A stretch of DNA of 64,000 nucleotides from a bacterium (lineage in GTDB: Bacteria; UBA8248): NCBI GenBank assembly GCA_965203325.1, contig OZ241875.1:3840001-3904000 (forward strand), given 5' to 3'. The stretch's first letter is position 1. The number at the start of each line of letters is the position of its first letter. Positions 47,591-57,949 of the stretch are shown piece after piece. Below the pieces are notes generated by a model. The model was not told where the DNA came from, made no database searches, and saw nothing but the letters and a program-made list of their open reading frames with translations. Position numbers and translations under genes: made by a program.

Positions 47591-47668
47591 TTTCATACGG
47601 AAGGCATCTTGCTCCCAACCGACAGGGGAGGGGGCTGTTGAAAACCCCCCTCGTCAGGGGATTAAGGC

Positions 47669-49059
47669 AAGAGTTACTGTCAAATGTTGTGTATGGCCGT
47701 CTTGAGTTCAGCGGCCTCCCTGCCGGTTTGTTTTTCGTTCATCCCATCGATGAACCTCACGTCGGTGATCACGTCGGCCAGCTGGCGCAAGCCGCCCAGC
47801 CGCCCCCATCGCTTCTCGGCGCTCATGGCGAGTTGGTGAATCAGGCTCAGCGCCGTCTTCTCGCTCAGGCAGTTCCTCGTCTTCGCCGTTCGCAGCCGGA
47901 TCGTGGCGAAGGTCGACTCGATCGGGTTCGTCGTCCGAATGCTCCGCCAGTGCGCCGCCGGGAAGTCGTAGAAGGCGAACAACTCCTCGCGGTCCCTCGA
48001 CAGGCACGCGGCGGCCTTGGGATACTTCGCCTCCCAGGTGGCGAGAAAGCGTTCGAACGCCTTCTCCGCATGCGCGCGGGTCTCCGCCCTCCACATCTCA
48101 TACAGCATCGGCCTCGCTTCGACCTGAGCGCTCTTGGGCAGCTTGTCGAGAACGTTCGCCGTCTTGTGCACCCAGCAGCGCTGCGCCCGGGTCCCGGGGT
48201 ACACCTCGGCCAGCGCCGACCACAACCCCAGCCCCCCGTCGCCCACGGCGAGCTTCGCCGCCTTCACGCCCCGCTCCCGCAGGCGCAACAAAACCGCCTT
48301 CCAGCTCTCCTTCGATTCACGGAACCCCGCCTCCAGGGCCAGGAAGCGCTTGCGGCCTCGCGCGTCGCAGCCCACGACCACCAGAAGGCAGCGCCGCTCC
48401 CCGCTGCGAACGTTCACGTAGATGCCGTCCGCCCACAGATACGCGAACTCCTCCCCGTGCCACGCCCGCTCGCGCCACTGCGCGTACTCGCGCTCCCAGC
48501 CCTCCTTGAGCCGCGAGACGCTCGCCGGGGACAAGCCCCCCACCGACTCGCCGAACAGCGCCGTGAGCGCCTCGCCGAAGTCGTTCGTCGATACCCCCTT
48601 CAGGTACAGCCACGGTATCACCGCTTCCACGCGCCGCGTCTTGCGCAGATACGGCGGCAGCAACTCCGAGCGGAAACGCCGCCCCGACCCCGACCTGTCC
48701 CGCGTCCGGGGCACCTGGACACGCACCGGACCCACTCCCGTCAACACCTCCCGCGACGGCAGATACCCGTTGCGAACCACCGCGCGGCGGCCCTGCGCGT
48801 CACGATCGCCCGCATATTCTTCGAGAAACGCCGCCAACTCCGCTTCCACCGCCTGGCGGATGATTCGTCGCGCGCCCGCGCGCAACAGTTCGCTCAACTC
48901 GTCCCGTAGGGCTGGATTCTTCATGGGAATCGTCGTATCTTCTCTCATGGTGGCGCATCTCCTTGTGCTGAATGACCGGGCTATTTGGCAAACCCTATTT
49001 CAGCAGGATGCGCCGCCTTCTTCAATTCAGCCCATACACAAGTTTTGAGCGTAACTCCA
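47669..49059 (-). mobile_element. Intact IS256-family insertion sequence
   Basis: TIRs gagttactgtcaaatgttgtgtatgg and gagttacgctcaaaacttgtgtatgg; flanking direct repeat attaaggc(aa) at 47661 and 49060. Confidence 0.93.
47680..48948 (-). CDS. IS256-family transposase
   Basis: WADG, VGDG, QRCWVHK, TTNPIES. Confidence 0.95.
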   Translation of the reverse strand: MREDTTIPMKNPALRDELSELLRAGARRIIRQAVEAELAAFLEEYAGDRDAQGRRAVVRNGYLPSREVLTGVGPVRVQVPRTRDRSGSGRRFRSELLPPYLRKTRRVEAVIPWLYLKGVSTNDFGEALTALFGESVGGLSPASVSRLKEGWEREYAQWRERAWHGEEFAYLWADGIYVNVRSGERRCLLVVVGCDARGRKRFLALEAGFRESKESWKAVLLRLRERGVKAAKLAVGDGGLGLWSALAEVYPGTRAQRCWVHKTANVLDKLPKSAQVEARPMLYEMWRAETRAHAEKAFERFLATWEAKYPKAAACLSRDREELFAFYDFPAAHWRSIRTTNPIESTFATIRLRTAKTRNCLSEKTALSLIHQLAMSAEKRWGRLGGLRQLADVITDVRFIDGMNEKQTGREAAELKTAIHNI

Positions 49060-49069
49060 ATTAAGGCAA

Positions 49070-49175
49070 CCCCCCTACCCCCCTTGTCAGGGGGGCAAGA
49101 AAAAGCAAAACCCCCTCAGCCCGGCGGGGGCGCGTCGCCTTTTTATACCCCCCTGACAAGGGGGGGTAGGGGGGG
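49070..49175. repeat. GC-rich inverted repeat (REP/MITE-like)
   Basis: cccccctaccccccttgtcagggggg versus cccccctgacaagggggggtaggggggg. Confidence 0.7.
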
Positions 49176-49379
49176 TTGGTTTTCAAGGCGAGAGGGGGCA
49201 GGGCGACCACAGGGGGTCGCCTCTGTGCAAGGCATTCGCCGTAGTAACGAACGAATTCGCACCGGGCGTAAGGACAGGTCGCGACCTATCCCTGCCAATT
49301 CGTTGTCAACCAAAATGACATGCGAGTGGACACGCAACTCCCCGAACAACCCCCCGTGCTCAGTCATCTCTGAGTCAGC

Positions 49380-49880
49380 TTGATCGCGCGTGCCAATATC
49401 GCCCACTTCTTCCACGAATACGGAAGCGAAAAGCCTGGCGGCGTGAACCGCAGCCATGACATACTGCGCAACATGTTCGACTACGCCATCGCGTGGGGTC
49501 ATTGGCCCGAAGCCGCCGGGAACCCTTGCATCGGCATCGTCCGCTATCGCCACCCGTTGCGCGGGAGTTACCGGACAGTCTCGCCGGAACGGCGTCCGGG
49601 GCGTGGGTGTTTCCCGGTTAGGGCGAAGACGAAGCGCTGAACAAGAATGACCTTTGGTGGTTCTGGAACAAGACGCGGCATGCGGCGGAGATCATGACGG
49701 ATGCCCGGCTACATGACCTGCGCCATGCGCATGCCTCGCACGCGATCATAAACAGGGAAAGCCTGTATGTCGTGGTCGCTTGCCGGGGCATCGTCTGGCG
49801 TCCACGACCAACCGCTACGTCCATGTGGACGACACGACCCCGAGCCGGGCCGCCGAAAGGGTGGCGGTGGCCATTCGTTG
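49380..49880 (+). pseudogene. Degenerate phage-type tyrosine integrase
   Basis: ILRNMFDYAIAWG..NPC and RLHDLRHAHASHA in different frames, with an internal deletion. Confidence 0.8.
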
Positions 49881-49952
49881 TAAATGATGTAATCGAACGC
49901 CCATATCAAGAACAAAGGCACAAACAACCTCCTCCGAAAAAGGACGGAAAGA

Positions 49953-51074
49953 ATGTACCGGGCGAGGTCTATGAAACGTGTGTTGAGCTACCTTCTGGGT
50001 GCAATGATTATCGTTACCGCAATTTCCGTCTACCTGTTCTTTCGCCCCGATATTGCAACTCGGGTCTTTTTTGGAGCGGCTCCCTCACCGGTAGAGATGA
50101 ATCTCAGGCACGTTCACAACGTGCCTGCAGCAGACAAGAAGACCGCAGCCATCGTAGCGGCTGCCAGGCTCTTTCTGGACTCACTGGACGCCAATCAGAG
50201 ACAGGCGGCGACATATCAGTTTACCGATAACGCACAGCGTGCAAACTGGTCCAACTTCCCTGAGGGCATGGTTCCGCGTGGTGGTGTAAAACTCGGCGCT
50301 CTCTCTGAATTACAGCGGATGAACCTCGACAAGCTCCTTGGGGAACTTCTGAGTGAAGCCGGTGTCAAAAACATCACTTATCAATTGGCCGCAGAAGACA
50401 TGCTGGTATCGGGAGATGTGTTCGGCGTCATGAAATATGGCAGTGAGTACTTTTACGCTGCATTTCTCGGTGAACCGTCCACTACAGGGCCTTGGATGTT
50501 CCAGTTCGGCGGGCATCACCTCGCAATAAACGCCACGGTATTCGGACCGAACGTTTCCTTTTCGCCGATGCTGACCGGCGGCCAACCGCTGCATTTGCGC
50601 TTTGACGGTGACGACATCTTCATTACGCAGAGGGAAACTGCGGCGGCGCAAGCGTTCATGGGTAGCCTCACGGACGACCAGAGAGAACAAGCCGTTCGTG
50701 CCGAGCGGCCCATCGATCTCTTGCTGGGGCCAGGAAAGTATGGCGCAACAGTAGCGCCGGAAGGCATCAAAGGCAGCGAACTTACAGCTGTGCAGAGAAC
50801 GCTACTCCTGGATGTGATCGAGGCCCGTTTGGGTTTCATGAACAATGACGACTATGCCGAAAAAATGAAGACTGTGGCGGCCGAAATCGAGGACACATAC
50901 TTTGGGTGGTGGGGGCGGCAGGGTGTCTTGGGCGCTGCATATTTCCGCGTGACCAGCCCGTCCCTGGTGCTCGAATACGCGTCGCAAAACGGCGACGGCA
51001 CCGTAGATCACGCCCACAGCATGTATCGTGAGCTTGATAACGACTACGGTTCTGCGTGGATCAGGGCCGAATGA
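49953..51074 (+). CDS. DUF3500 domain protein
   Basis: WSNFP, FQFGGHHLAIN, DHAHSMYR..NDYG; N-terminal membrane anchor. Confidence 0.8.
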   Translation: MYRARSMKRVLSYLLGAMIIVTAISVYLFFRPDIATRVFFGAAPSPVEMNLRHVHNVPAADKKTAAIVAAARLFLDSLDANQRQAATYQFTDNAQRANWSNFPEGMVPRGGVKLGALSELQRMNLDKLLGELLSEAGVKNITYQLAAEDMLVSGDVFGVMKYGSEYFYAAFLGEPSTTGPWMFQFGGHHLAINATVFGPNVSFSPMLTGGQPLHLRFDGDDIFITQRETAAAQAFMGSLTDDQREQAVRAERPIDLLLGPGKYGATVAPEGIKGSELTAVQRTLLLDVIEARLGFMNNDDYAEKMKTVAAEIEDTYFGWWGRQGVLGAAYFRVTSPSLVLEYASQNGDGTVDHAHSMYRELDNDYGSAWIRAE

Positions 51075-51337
51075 GTCCAACAAGACCGTTCATGCGGAAT
51101 GGGACAGGGCGTAATCAGCCAATCAGTCGCCGCTAAGGCTGCTGCTGATTGTGGCTGGCTGGCAGGGTCGAGCGCGCTGCATTCGTGTCCTGGACGAGTC
51201 CCGGGTTCTTGGTGAGGAGGGGTCGAACCAGAAACGATGGGTTCAGCAAAATGCTGAAAAGAAAAAGCTTTTACGGTCATTCGGTGAGGTAATTCCAGGG
51301 TAAGAAGGCATCGTCGATGCGTCGGGTAAGGGACGCC

Positions 51338-51853
51338 TCAAAGATTCTTGAGCTGCCGGTTGCGCCTGCGCTCTTTCTTGGGGGCGCGCCTGGGGTTTCC
51401 CTTCTTCTTCGTGTCGCGCTTAGGTGTTCTGGGCTCCTCGTCCTCGGGAGAATCTTCCTCCATGAAAGCCGCCTGGTAGAGGCGATCGCGGAACTCGCCC
51501 GTGCGCAAGACCGCCGAGGCGAAGGGCGCGGCCGCCTCGCCGAGCGCCCTGTCCGAAGTGACGAGAACGGCGTTCCTGTAGTGGCTCTTCAGGAGGCGCA
51601 GGATGAGCGCGTCTGCGATTTCGTGCCGGGAGAAGAGCACCTCGATATCGCCCGCGTTTTTCCCGCCTCCATGGTCGTGGTGGGATTTGCCGTCGAAAAC
51701 GACGGTGATTCGGAGATTTATCGGGGAATTCCTGCGGTAGCTCCGGAGCATCTCGATGAGGCCTTCCCGCCCGGCTTCGAGGTCCTGGTGGAGCACGCGC
51801 CTGAGTTCGGGTATGGCGGGGATGAGGTTGTAACCGTCAACCACGATGCGCAT
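51338..51853 (-). CDS. NYN domain (YacP-like) RNase
   Basis: VVDGYNLI, VVFDG, AD, VTSDR. Confidence 0.88.
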   Translation of the reverse strand: MRIVVDGYNLIPAIPELRRVLHQDLEAGREGLIEMLRSYRRNSPINLRITVVFDGKSHHDHGGGKNAGDIEVLFSRHEIADALILRLLKSHYRNAVLVTSDRALGEAAAPFASAVLRTGEFRDRLYQAAFMEEDSPEDEEPRTPKRDTKKKGNPRRAPKKERRRNRQLKNL

Positions 51854-51872
51854 GACTTATCTCCGAAACCTC

Positions 51873-52697
51873 CTAAAAGGGCTGGAAGAGGACGTCCATG
51901 AGAGCGGCCGTTTTCTGCGCGTCACCTTCGATTCGCAGGGAGCCTTCGGCGATTTTTTCGGCGCGGTCCGCCCGGCCCGAGACCAGGAGCACCATGTCGC
52001 TGCCGGATGCCGAAAGGGCGGCGTCAGGGGAGGTGGAGAGGCCCTCAATGGCCGACGCCTCGCCGCCTGCAATCGACATCTCCCATGCGGCATCCGGCTT
52101 GCGCGTCTCGAAGCGGAACACACCCTCCGGCCCGGTTGCGCGCGAGCGGTTGAAGTATAGGGGCAGTCTTGTTTTTAGGATTTCGACGAGCATGCCCAGC
52201 GAATCGGTTTCAAGCGGCGCATCCGGGTCGTTCTCCAGGTCCCACCCGTGGAGCGCCACCTCGTAGAGCCTCTGATCCGGGAAAGTGCGCACCAGCGTGT
52301 CGCCCCTCCTGTGCCAGAGCTTGCGGTCCAGATCGCCGGGCTCCAGACGCTCGATCTCGGCCTGGAGGTCGTCCTGGCTCCTCTCTATCCACTCGATTCG
52401 ATCTTTTGGGGACATGGCGACGGATTTTCGGGTGATTTCATCGCGCGCCGCCTGGAATTCTTCCGGCGTCCCGGCACCGAGCGAGAGGATGACCTCGCCC
52501 CGGCGCGCCGCCCGGATGCGCTCTGCATAGGAGATGGCCCCGCCCGTCATGTGGCCGATGAGTTGGGCCGCGTTCCATCCGGGGCAGAAGGTGGGTTTCA
52601 GCCAATCGTCGTCAGAAAGCGCGCGGAGCCTCTCGATGAAGCGCGCGTTCTCGTGCGCGAGCCACCGAATCGAGGGAAGGGGAGGGGCGTCGTTCAA
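51873..52697 (-). CDS. Maleylpyruvate isomerase (MDMPI/DinB) family protein with SCP2-like C-terminus
   Basis: PTFCPGW..LIGH, EVALHGWDL. Confidence 0.8.
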   Translation of the reverse strand: MNDAPPLPSIRWLAHENARFIERLRALSDDDWLKPTFCPGWNAAQLIGHMTGGAISYAERIRAARRGEVILSLGAGTPEEFQAARDEITRKSVAMSPKDRIEWIERSQDDLQAEIERLEPGDLDRKLWHRRGDTLVRTFPDQRLYEVALHGWDLENDPDAPLETDSLGMLVEILKTRLPLYFNRSRATGPEGVFRFETRKPDAAWEMSIAGGEASAIEGLSTSPDAALSASGSDMVLLVSGRADRAEKIAEGSLRIEGDAQKTAALMDVLFQPF

Positions 52698-52796
52698 TTC
52701 GAAATCGCCAGGACCAAGAAAATCGCCCCCAACGGGTGGGGGCGATGTAAGGAATACACGCTTGCCTGGAAAATGCGCGCGTCCGGGGCGCAGGCG

Positions 52797-53669
52797 CTAT
52801 TCGCCGGCGGCGCGGATCCAGGCCTTGCCGATGGCGCGCGCGGCGTATACGCCCGCCAGGTGGCGCCTGAAATCCGCTCCGGCGTAAAAGTCATCGAGCG
52901 CGTCGACGCCTTCGCCGGCCGTTGCCGCCGCCTTGCGGATCGATTCCGCGCTCGGCGCGGCGCCCGTGAGGGCGTCCTCGACGCTCGTGGCGCGATAGGC
53001 GGACGCGGCCACGCCCGTCACGCCCACGCGGATGGACTCGACGGCGCCGTCTGCGTCCAGCGTGAGCCGGGCCGCCACGCCGCACACCGCGAAGCCGCTG
53101 GCCTGCTGCGCCGCCTTGAGGTACGCGCTCGAGCCCCGCGCGGCCGGAACCCGTATGCGGACGGAGGTGAGAATCTCGCCCTCGCCCAGGGCCGTCTCGT
53201 ACGCCCCGGTGAAGAAGTCATCGGCGCCCACGACGCGCTCCCCGTCCGCGCCCGCGACGGTGATTTCCGCATTCGCCGCCAGCACGGCCGCCGGGTAGTC
53301 GGCGGCGGGGTCGGCATGGGCGAGGGAGCCGCCCAGCGTCCCCCGGTTTCTGACCTGCACGTCGCCGATCGAACCCGCCGCCTCGGCGAGGGAGCGGCAT
53401 CTCCCCTGAACCAGTTCGGACGCCTCGATCTCGGCGTGGGTCGTCATCGCGCCGATTGTGAATCCGTCCTCCGATTCGCTGATGCCCGAGAGGCCCTCGA
53501 TACCGGCGATGTCGACGAGGACGCCCGGGTCGGCGAGCCGCGCCTTCATCACGGGCAGGAGGCTATGGCCTCCGGCGAGGACTCGCGCTTCGTCTCCATG
53601 CTCTCCGAGCCTGGCGAGAGCGTCTTCTAGCGATTGTGGTCGAACGTAGTCGAAAGAAGCTGGAATCAT
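52797..53669 (-). CDS. Xanthine dehydrogenase family FAD subunit (CoxM-like)
   Basis: LAGGHSL, VRNRGTLGGS. Confidence 0.92.
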   Translation of the reverse strand: MIPASFDYVRPQSLEDALARLGEHGDEARVLAGGHSLLPVMKARLADPGVLVDIAGIEGLSGISESEDGFTIGAMTTHAEIEASELVQGRCRSLAEAAGSIGDVQVRNRGTLGGSLAHADPAADYPAAVLAANAEITVAGADGERVVGADDFFTGAYETALGEGEILTSVRIRVPAARGSSAYLKAAQQASGFAVCGVAARLTLDADGAVESIRVGVTGVAASAYRATSVEDALTGAAPSAESIRKAAATAGEGVDALDDFYAGADFRRHLAGVYAARAIGKAWIRAAGE

Positions 53670-53672
53670 TTC

Positions 53673-56000
53673 TTAGGCCCTCTTCTCGGCGATGGCGCGC
53701 CACACTCTCTCGGGGCGCAGCGGCATGTCGATGTGCGTGATACCGAATGGCGAAAGCGCGTCGAGTACGGCGTTCACCACGGCGGGCGTGGAGCCGATGG
53801 TGCCGGCCTCGCCCACACCCTTTGCACCCAGCGGGTTCACGTCCGTCGGCGTGGTGGTGTGCAGAAGCTCGAAACGCGGCAGACGGTTCGCCTTGGGCAA
53901 AGCGTAGTGCATGAACGACGCGTTCAGCGGCTGGCCGCCCTCTCCGTAGAGCATTTCCTCCTCCAGCGCCTGTCCGGTCCCCTGCGCGATGCCGCCGTGG
54001 ATCTGCCCGTGCACTAGCAGCGGGTTGATCATGTTGCCCACGTCGTCCACCGCCACGTAGCGGAGAATTTCCACATCGCCCGTCTCCGGGTCGACCTCCG
54101 CCAGGACGATGTGCGTCCCGAAGGGGAAGGTGAAGTTGCTCGGCTCGAAGAAGTGCGTCTCCTCGAGGCCCGGCTCGGTGTCTTCGGGAAGCGCGATGGC
54201 GCTGTAGGCCATCATCGCGACATCGGCGAAGCCGGCCGATTTCTCGGGCGCGCTCCTGACGAAGACCTTGCCGTCCTCGAATTCGATGTCGTTCGCGTCC
54301 GCCTCGAATTCCATCGCCGCGAACTTGGCCATCTTGGCGCGCACCTTGTCGCGCGCGTACACGACCGCCGAACCGCCCACCACGGTGCCCCGGCTGCCGA
54401 AGGTGCCGACGCCGTAGGGAACCACGTCGGTGTCCCCGTGGACGACGGTCACGTCGTTCGCGTCGATGCCGAGGCCGTCCGCCACGATCTGGGCGAAAGA
54501 CGTCTGCTGGCCCTGTCCGTGGGGCGATGCGCCCGAGAACACGGTGGCCTTGCCGGTGGGCTCCACGCGCACGCGCGCGCTCTCCCAGCCCTGGCCGCCG
54601 AGTGCTGCGGATGGTCCCATGCCGCAGATCTCGACGTAGGTGGAAAAGCCGATGCCCAGATATCGGCCCTCTTTCCTGGCCTCTTCCTGCTGCGCGCGCA
54701 TGGCGGGATAATCCGCCGCTTCGAGCGCGCGGTCGAGCGCCAGGTGGTAATCCCCGCTGTCGTAGCTGAGGCCTGCGGAGGTGGCGAAGGGAAACTCGGA
54801 TTTGTCCGGGAAGTTCTTGCGTCTGATCTCCACGGGGTCCATGCCGAGTTCATTCGCCGCGATGTCCATCATGCGCTCGAGAATATAGGTCGCCTCGGGA
54901 CGGCCCGCGCCCCGGTAGGCGTCGGTCGCCACCTTGTTGGTGAATACGCCGGTGGCGTTCATCTCGATGTTGGCGATCTTGTAGGGGCCGGGGAGCATGA
55001 GGCCCGTGAGCGTGAAGATGGCCACGGTGAGCAGCTGGTAATAGGCCCCGCAGTCGGCGAGCACGTTGTAGCGGAACGCGGTGATGGTGCCGTCGTTCTT
55101 AAGGCCCATCTCGATTTCGCCGACCTGGCCGCGCCCGTGGATGGTGGTCAGGAAGTTCTCGGAACGGCTCTCCACCCACTTGATCGGCACGCCGAGTTCG
55201 CGCGAGACGAAGGCGGCGAGCGCCTCTTCGCGGTAGATGTTGAGCTTGCTGCCGAAGCCGCCGCCCACCTCGGGGGCGATGACGCGCATGCGGTTCTCCG
55301 GCATCCCGATCTGGCCCGCCACCAGCGTGCGCACCTTGTGTGGTACCTGCGTGGAGGTCCAGAGCGTCATCTTGTCCTCGCCGGGGAGGTAGTGCGCCAG
55401 AACGCCCCTGGGCTCGAGAGCCAGCGGAGCGACGCGCGCGTTGGTCATCTTCTCCTTGACGATGACGTCGGCTTCCGCCATGCCTGCTTCCACGTCGCCG
55501 CCCGCGATCCCCCACACGAACGCCTCGTTGCTCTCATAGTCGTCGTGCACCTTGGGGGAGCCAGGTTCGAGCGCGGCTTCGAGGTCCACCACGGCGTCGA
55601 GCGGCTCGTAGTCGATCTCGACGAGAGCCGCCGCGTCGCTCGCGCCGTAACGCGTCTCGGCGATCACCGCGACGACGGGTTCACCCGCGAACAGAACTTG
55701 CTTGTCGGCCAGTATGGGTTGTTCCGGAACCTTGGCGTCGGGCACCAGGCCGCCGACGGGAACGGGGCCGATGCCCTTCGTCTCCTCGTACGTGTAGACG
55801 GCGACGACGCCGTCCGCAGCCGCCGCCTTCGAGACGTCGACCGAGCGAATGTTGGCTTTGCCGTACGGGCTTCTCGCCAACGCCATGTGCAGTGTGCCGG
55901 GTGGATTGAAATCGTCTACGTAGTGGGCGAGGCCCTGGATGAGACGCGGATCGTCTCGTCTTTTGATGGGCGCGCCGATGAATTTGGGTGCTTGCGCCAT
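53673..56000 (-). CDS. Molybdopterin large subunit, form II CoxL-like
   Basis: GGGFGSK, AYRGAGRPE, AKGVGEAG. Confidence 0.92.
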   Translation of the reverse strand: MAQAPKFIGAPIKRRDDPRLIQGLAHYVDDFNPPGTLHMALARSPYGKANIRSVDVSKAAAADGVVAVYTYEETKGIGPVPVGGLVPDAKVPEQPILADKQVLFAGEPVVAVIAETRYGASDAAALVEIDYEPLDAVVDLEAALEPGSPKVHDDYESNEAFVWGIAGGDVEAGMAEADVIVKEKMTNARVAPLALEPRGVLAHYLPGEDKMTLWTSTQVPHKVRTLVAGQIGMPENRMRVIAPEVGGGFGSKLNIYREEALAAFVSRELGVPIKWVESRSENFLTTIHGRGQVGEIEMGLKNDGTITAFRYNVLADCGAYYQLLTVAIFTLTGLMLPGPYKIANIEMNATGVFTNKVATDAYRGAGRPEATYILERMMDIAANELGMDPVEIRRKNFPDKSEFPFATSAGLSYDSGDYHLALDRALEAADYPAMRAQQEEARKEGRYLGIGFSTYVEICGMGPSAALGGQGWESARVRVEPTGKATVFSGASPHGQGQQTSFAQIVADGLGIDANDVTVVHGDTDVVPYGVGTFGSRGTVVGGSAVVYARDKVRAKMAKFAAMEFEADANDIEFEDGKVFVRSAPEKSAGFADVAMMAYSAIALPEDTEPGLEETHFFEPSNFTFPFGTHIVLAEVDPETGDVEILRYVAVDDVGNMINPLLVHGQIHGGIAQGTGQALEEEMLYGEGGQPLNASFMHYALPKANRLPRFELLHTTTPTDVNPLGAKGVGEAGTIGSTPAVVNAVLDALSPFGITHIDMPLRPERVWRAIAEKRA

Positions 56001-56003
56001 CTC

Positions 56004-56468
56004 TTAATCCCTCATCTGAGCCGCCGCCGCGGAAATAGCGTCGACGATGTTTTGATAACCCGTGCAGCGGCATATGTTGCCTTCGATGCCGTGCCTGATT
56101 TCCTCGTCCGTCGGATCGGCGTTGGACGCAATGAGCTGGTTCGCCGTCAGGATCATACCCGGCGTGCAGAAGCCGCACTGCAGTCCGTGCTTCTCCCAGA
56201 ATTGTTCTTGCAAGGGATGGAGTTGATCCCCATTGGCCAGTCCCTCGATGGTCGTGACCTCACATCCTTGCGCCTGTGCGGCCAGGACGGTGCAGCTTTT
56301 CACCGCCTTGTCGTCGAGGAGCACGGTGCACGCGCCGCAGATCGAGGTTTCGCACGCGACGTGCGTGCCCGTCAGGCCCGCGTCATCGCGCAACAGGTGA
56401 ACAAGAAGGGTTCTGGGTTCCACGTCGAACGTCCGGCTCTCGCCGTTGATGCTGATATTGATTTCCAA
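56004..56468 (-). CDS. 2Fe-2S small subunit (CoxS-like)
   Basis: CETSICGACTV, QCGFCTPG, CRCTGY; TTG start inferred. Confidence 0.92.
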   Translation of the reverse strand: MEINISINGESRTFDVEPRTLLVHLLRDDAGLTGTHVACETSICGACTVLLDDKAVKSCTVLAAQAQGCEVTTIEGLANGDQLHPLQEQFWEKHGLQCGFCTPGMILTANQLIASNADPTDEEIRHGIEGNICRCTGYQNIVDAISAAAAQMRD

Positions 56469-56708
56469 GGTCTTCGGGCCCCCCACAAGAAAAAAGTTCA
56501 AAGCGAATCCCCGCAAGGGGAGTCTTTCGCCTCACCGAAGAATTTCGTTCCTCCATGAAATGATCGAGTGAAAACATTATTGAAGATAGGGCGAGGCCGT
56601 GTCAAGACGATAATTTTTCGCGGTATGAACCGGAGCAATTTGAGCCGTCCAATCGCCTTTCGGCGCGAATGCGTGTAGGATGGCTTCATCTCGTCACCTG
56701 AACAGGAT

Positions 56709-57836
56709 ATGAAAATGGCTCACGCAGGTTTCGCCACGGAAGAGGGCACGCAAGGCTACGCCGAGGCCCATTCCTCAGTTTGTCATCCCGAGCATTACAG
56801 GCAACTGGACGGCCTCTGGCTATCTTCGGTCGGTATCGGCACCTATCTCGGAGAGGCGGACGAGGCGACCGACGCCGCCTACCGCGAATCCGTGGCCGCC
56901 GCCGTGCGGGGCGGATGCAACGTCATCGATACGGCGGTGAACTACCGCTTCCAGCGCAGTGAGAGGAGCATCCGCGCCGCACTGGACGATCTGTTCGCGG
57001 CGGGCGAGGCGAGCCGGGAGGCGCTGGTCATCTCCACCAAGGGCGGGTTCATCCCCTTCGACACCCATCCGCCGCAGGGACAGGCGGATTTCATGGACTA
57101 TTTGCAAAAAACCTATTTTGAACCGGGGGTTTGTAGGCCCGAAGACATCGTCGCGAACTGCCACTGCATGACGCCCGCCTACATCCGGCACGAACTCGAC
57201 GCCAGCCTCGCCAACCTGGGCCTCGAGACGGTCGACGTATACTACGTCCACAACCCCGAGACGCAGCTTCAGGAGGTCTCGCGCGAGGTCTTCCTGAGCA
57301 GACTGAAAGAAGCCTTCGAGACGCTGGAAGCCGCCGTGGCGGAGGGGAAGATCAAAAGCTACGGCACGGCCACCTGGAACGGCTACCGCATGGAGCCGGG
57401 CGAGGGGGAGTATCTCTCGCTGGAAGAGGTTCTGGGCGCGGCAAGAGCCGCAGGCGGGGAGGACCACCATTTCCGGGTGGTTCAACTGCCGCTCAACCTG
57501 GGGATGCCCGAGGCCTTCTCCAAACCGAACCAGAGCCTGGGCGAGGAGACGACCTGTTTTCTCGCCGCAGCGGCGAAGAACGGCATTACCGTGATGACGA
57601 GCGGCTCGATACTCCAGGGGCGCGCCGCACAGGGTCTTCCCCCCGTGATCGGGGAGGTGTTCCCGGGGTTCGCCACCGACGGGCAGCGCGCGATCCAGTT
57701 CACCCGCAGCGCGCCCGGCGTGGCCGTCGCCCTGGTGGGCATGCGCCAGATTGCCCACGTCGCCGAGAACATGGAAGTCGCCAGGACGCCGCCCGCTCCC
57801 TTTGAGGATTTCATCCGCCTGTTCCGCGAAGAATAG
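56709..57836 (+). CDS. Aldo/keto reductase
   Basis: GIGTY, IDTAVNY, STKGG, YYVHNP. Confidence 0.9.
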   Translation: MKMAHAGFATEEGTQGYAEAHSSVCHPEHYRQLDGLWLSSVGIGTYLGEADEATDAAYRESVAAAVRGGCNVIDTAVNYRFQRSERSIRAALDDLFAAGEASREALVISTKGGFIPFDTHPPQGQADFMDYLQKTYFEPGVCRPEDIVANCHCMTPAYIRHELDASLANLGLETVDVYYVHNPETQLQEVSREVFLSRLKEAFETLEAAVAEGKIKSYGTATWNGYRMEPGEGEYLSLEEVLGAARAAGGEDHHFRVVQLPLNLGMPEAFSKPNQSLGEETTCFLAAAAKNGITVMTSGSILQGRAAQGLPPVIGEVFPGFATDGQRAIQFTRSAPGVAVALVGMRQIAHVAENMEVARTPPAPFEDFIRLFREE

Positions 57837-57949
57837 TTTCAGGAAAAAAACGCCCTTCGCCGCTTTTCCAGGCCCGTCCTTTTCCATAGAATGCCCGGCG
57901 AATTCCGACAGTTCGCTTCTCGACATCATTCATTCCAGATGGAGGAAAC

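Noticed and set aside
46093..48909. 938-aa plus-strand ORF
   Set aside because: Off-frame over the permeases and antisense to the IS256 transposase
53673..56000. Form I aerobic CO dehydrogenase
   Set aside because: The active-site loop is AYRGAGR rather than AYxCSFR and the order is S-L-M, so CO oxidation is not supported
54111..56558. 815-aa plus-strand ORF
   Set aside because: Antisense shadow of the cox-like genes
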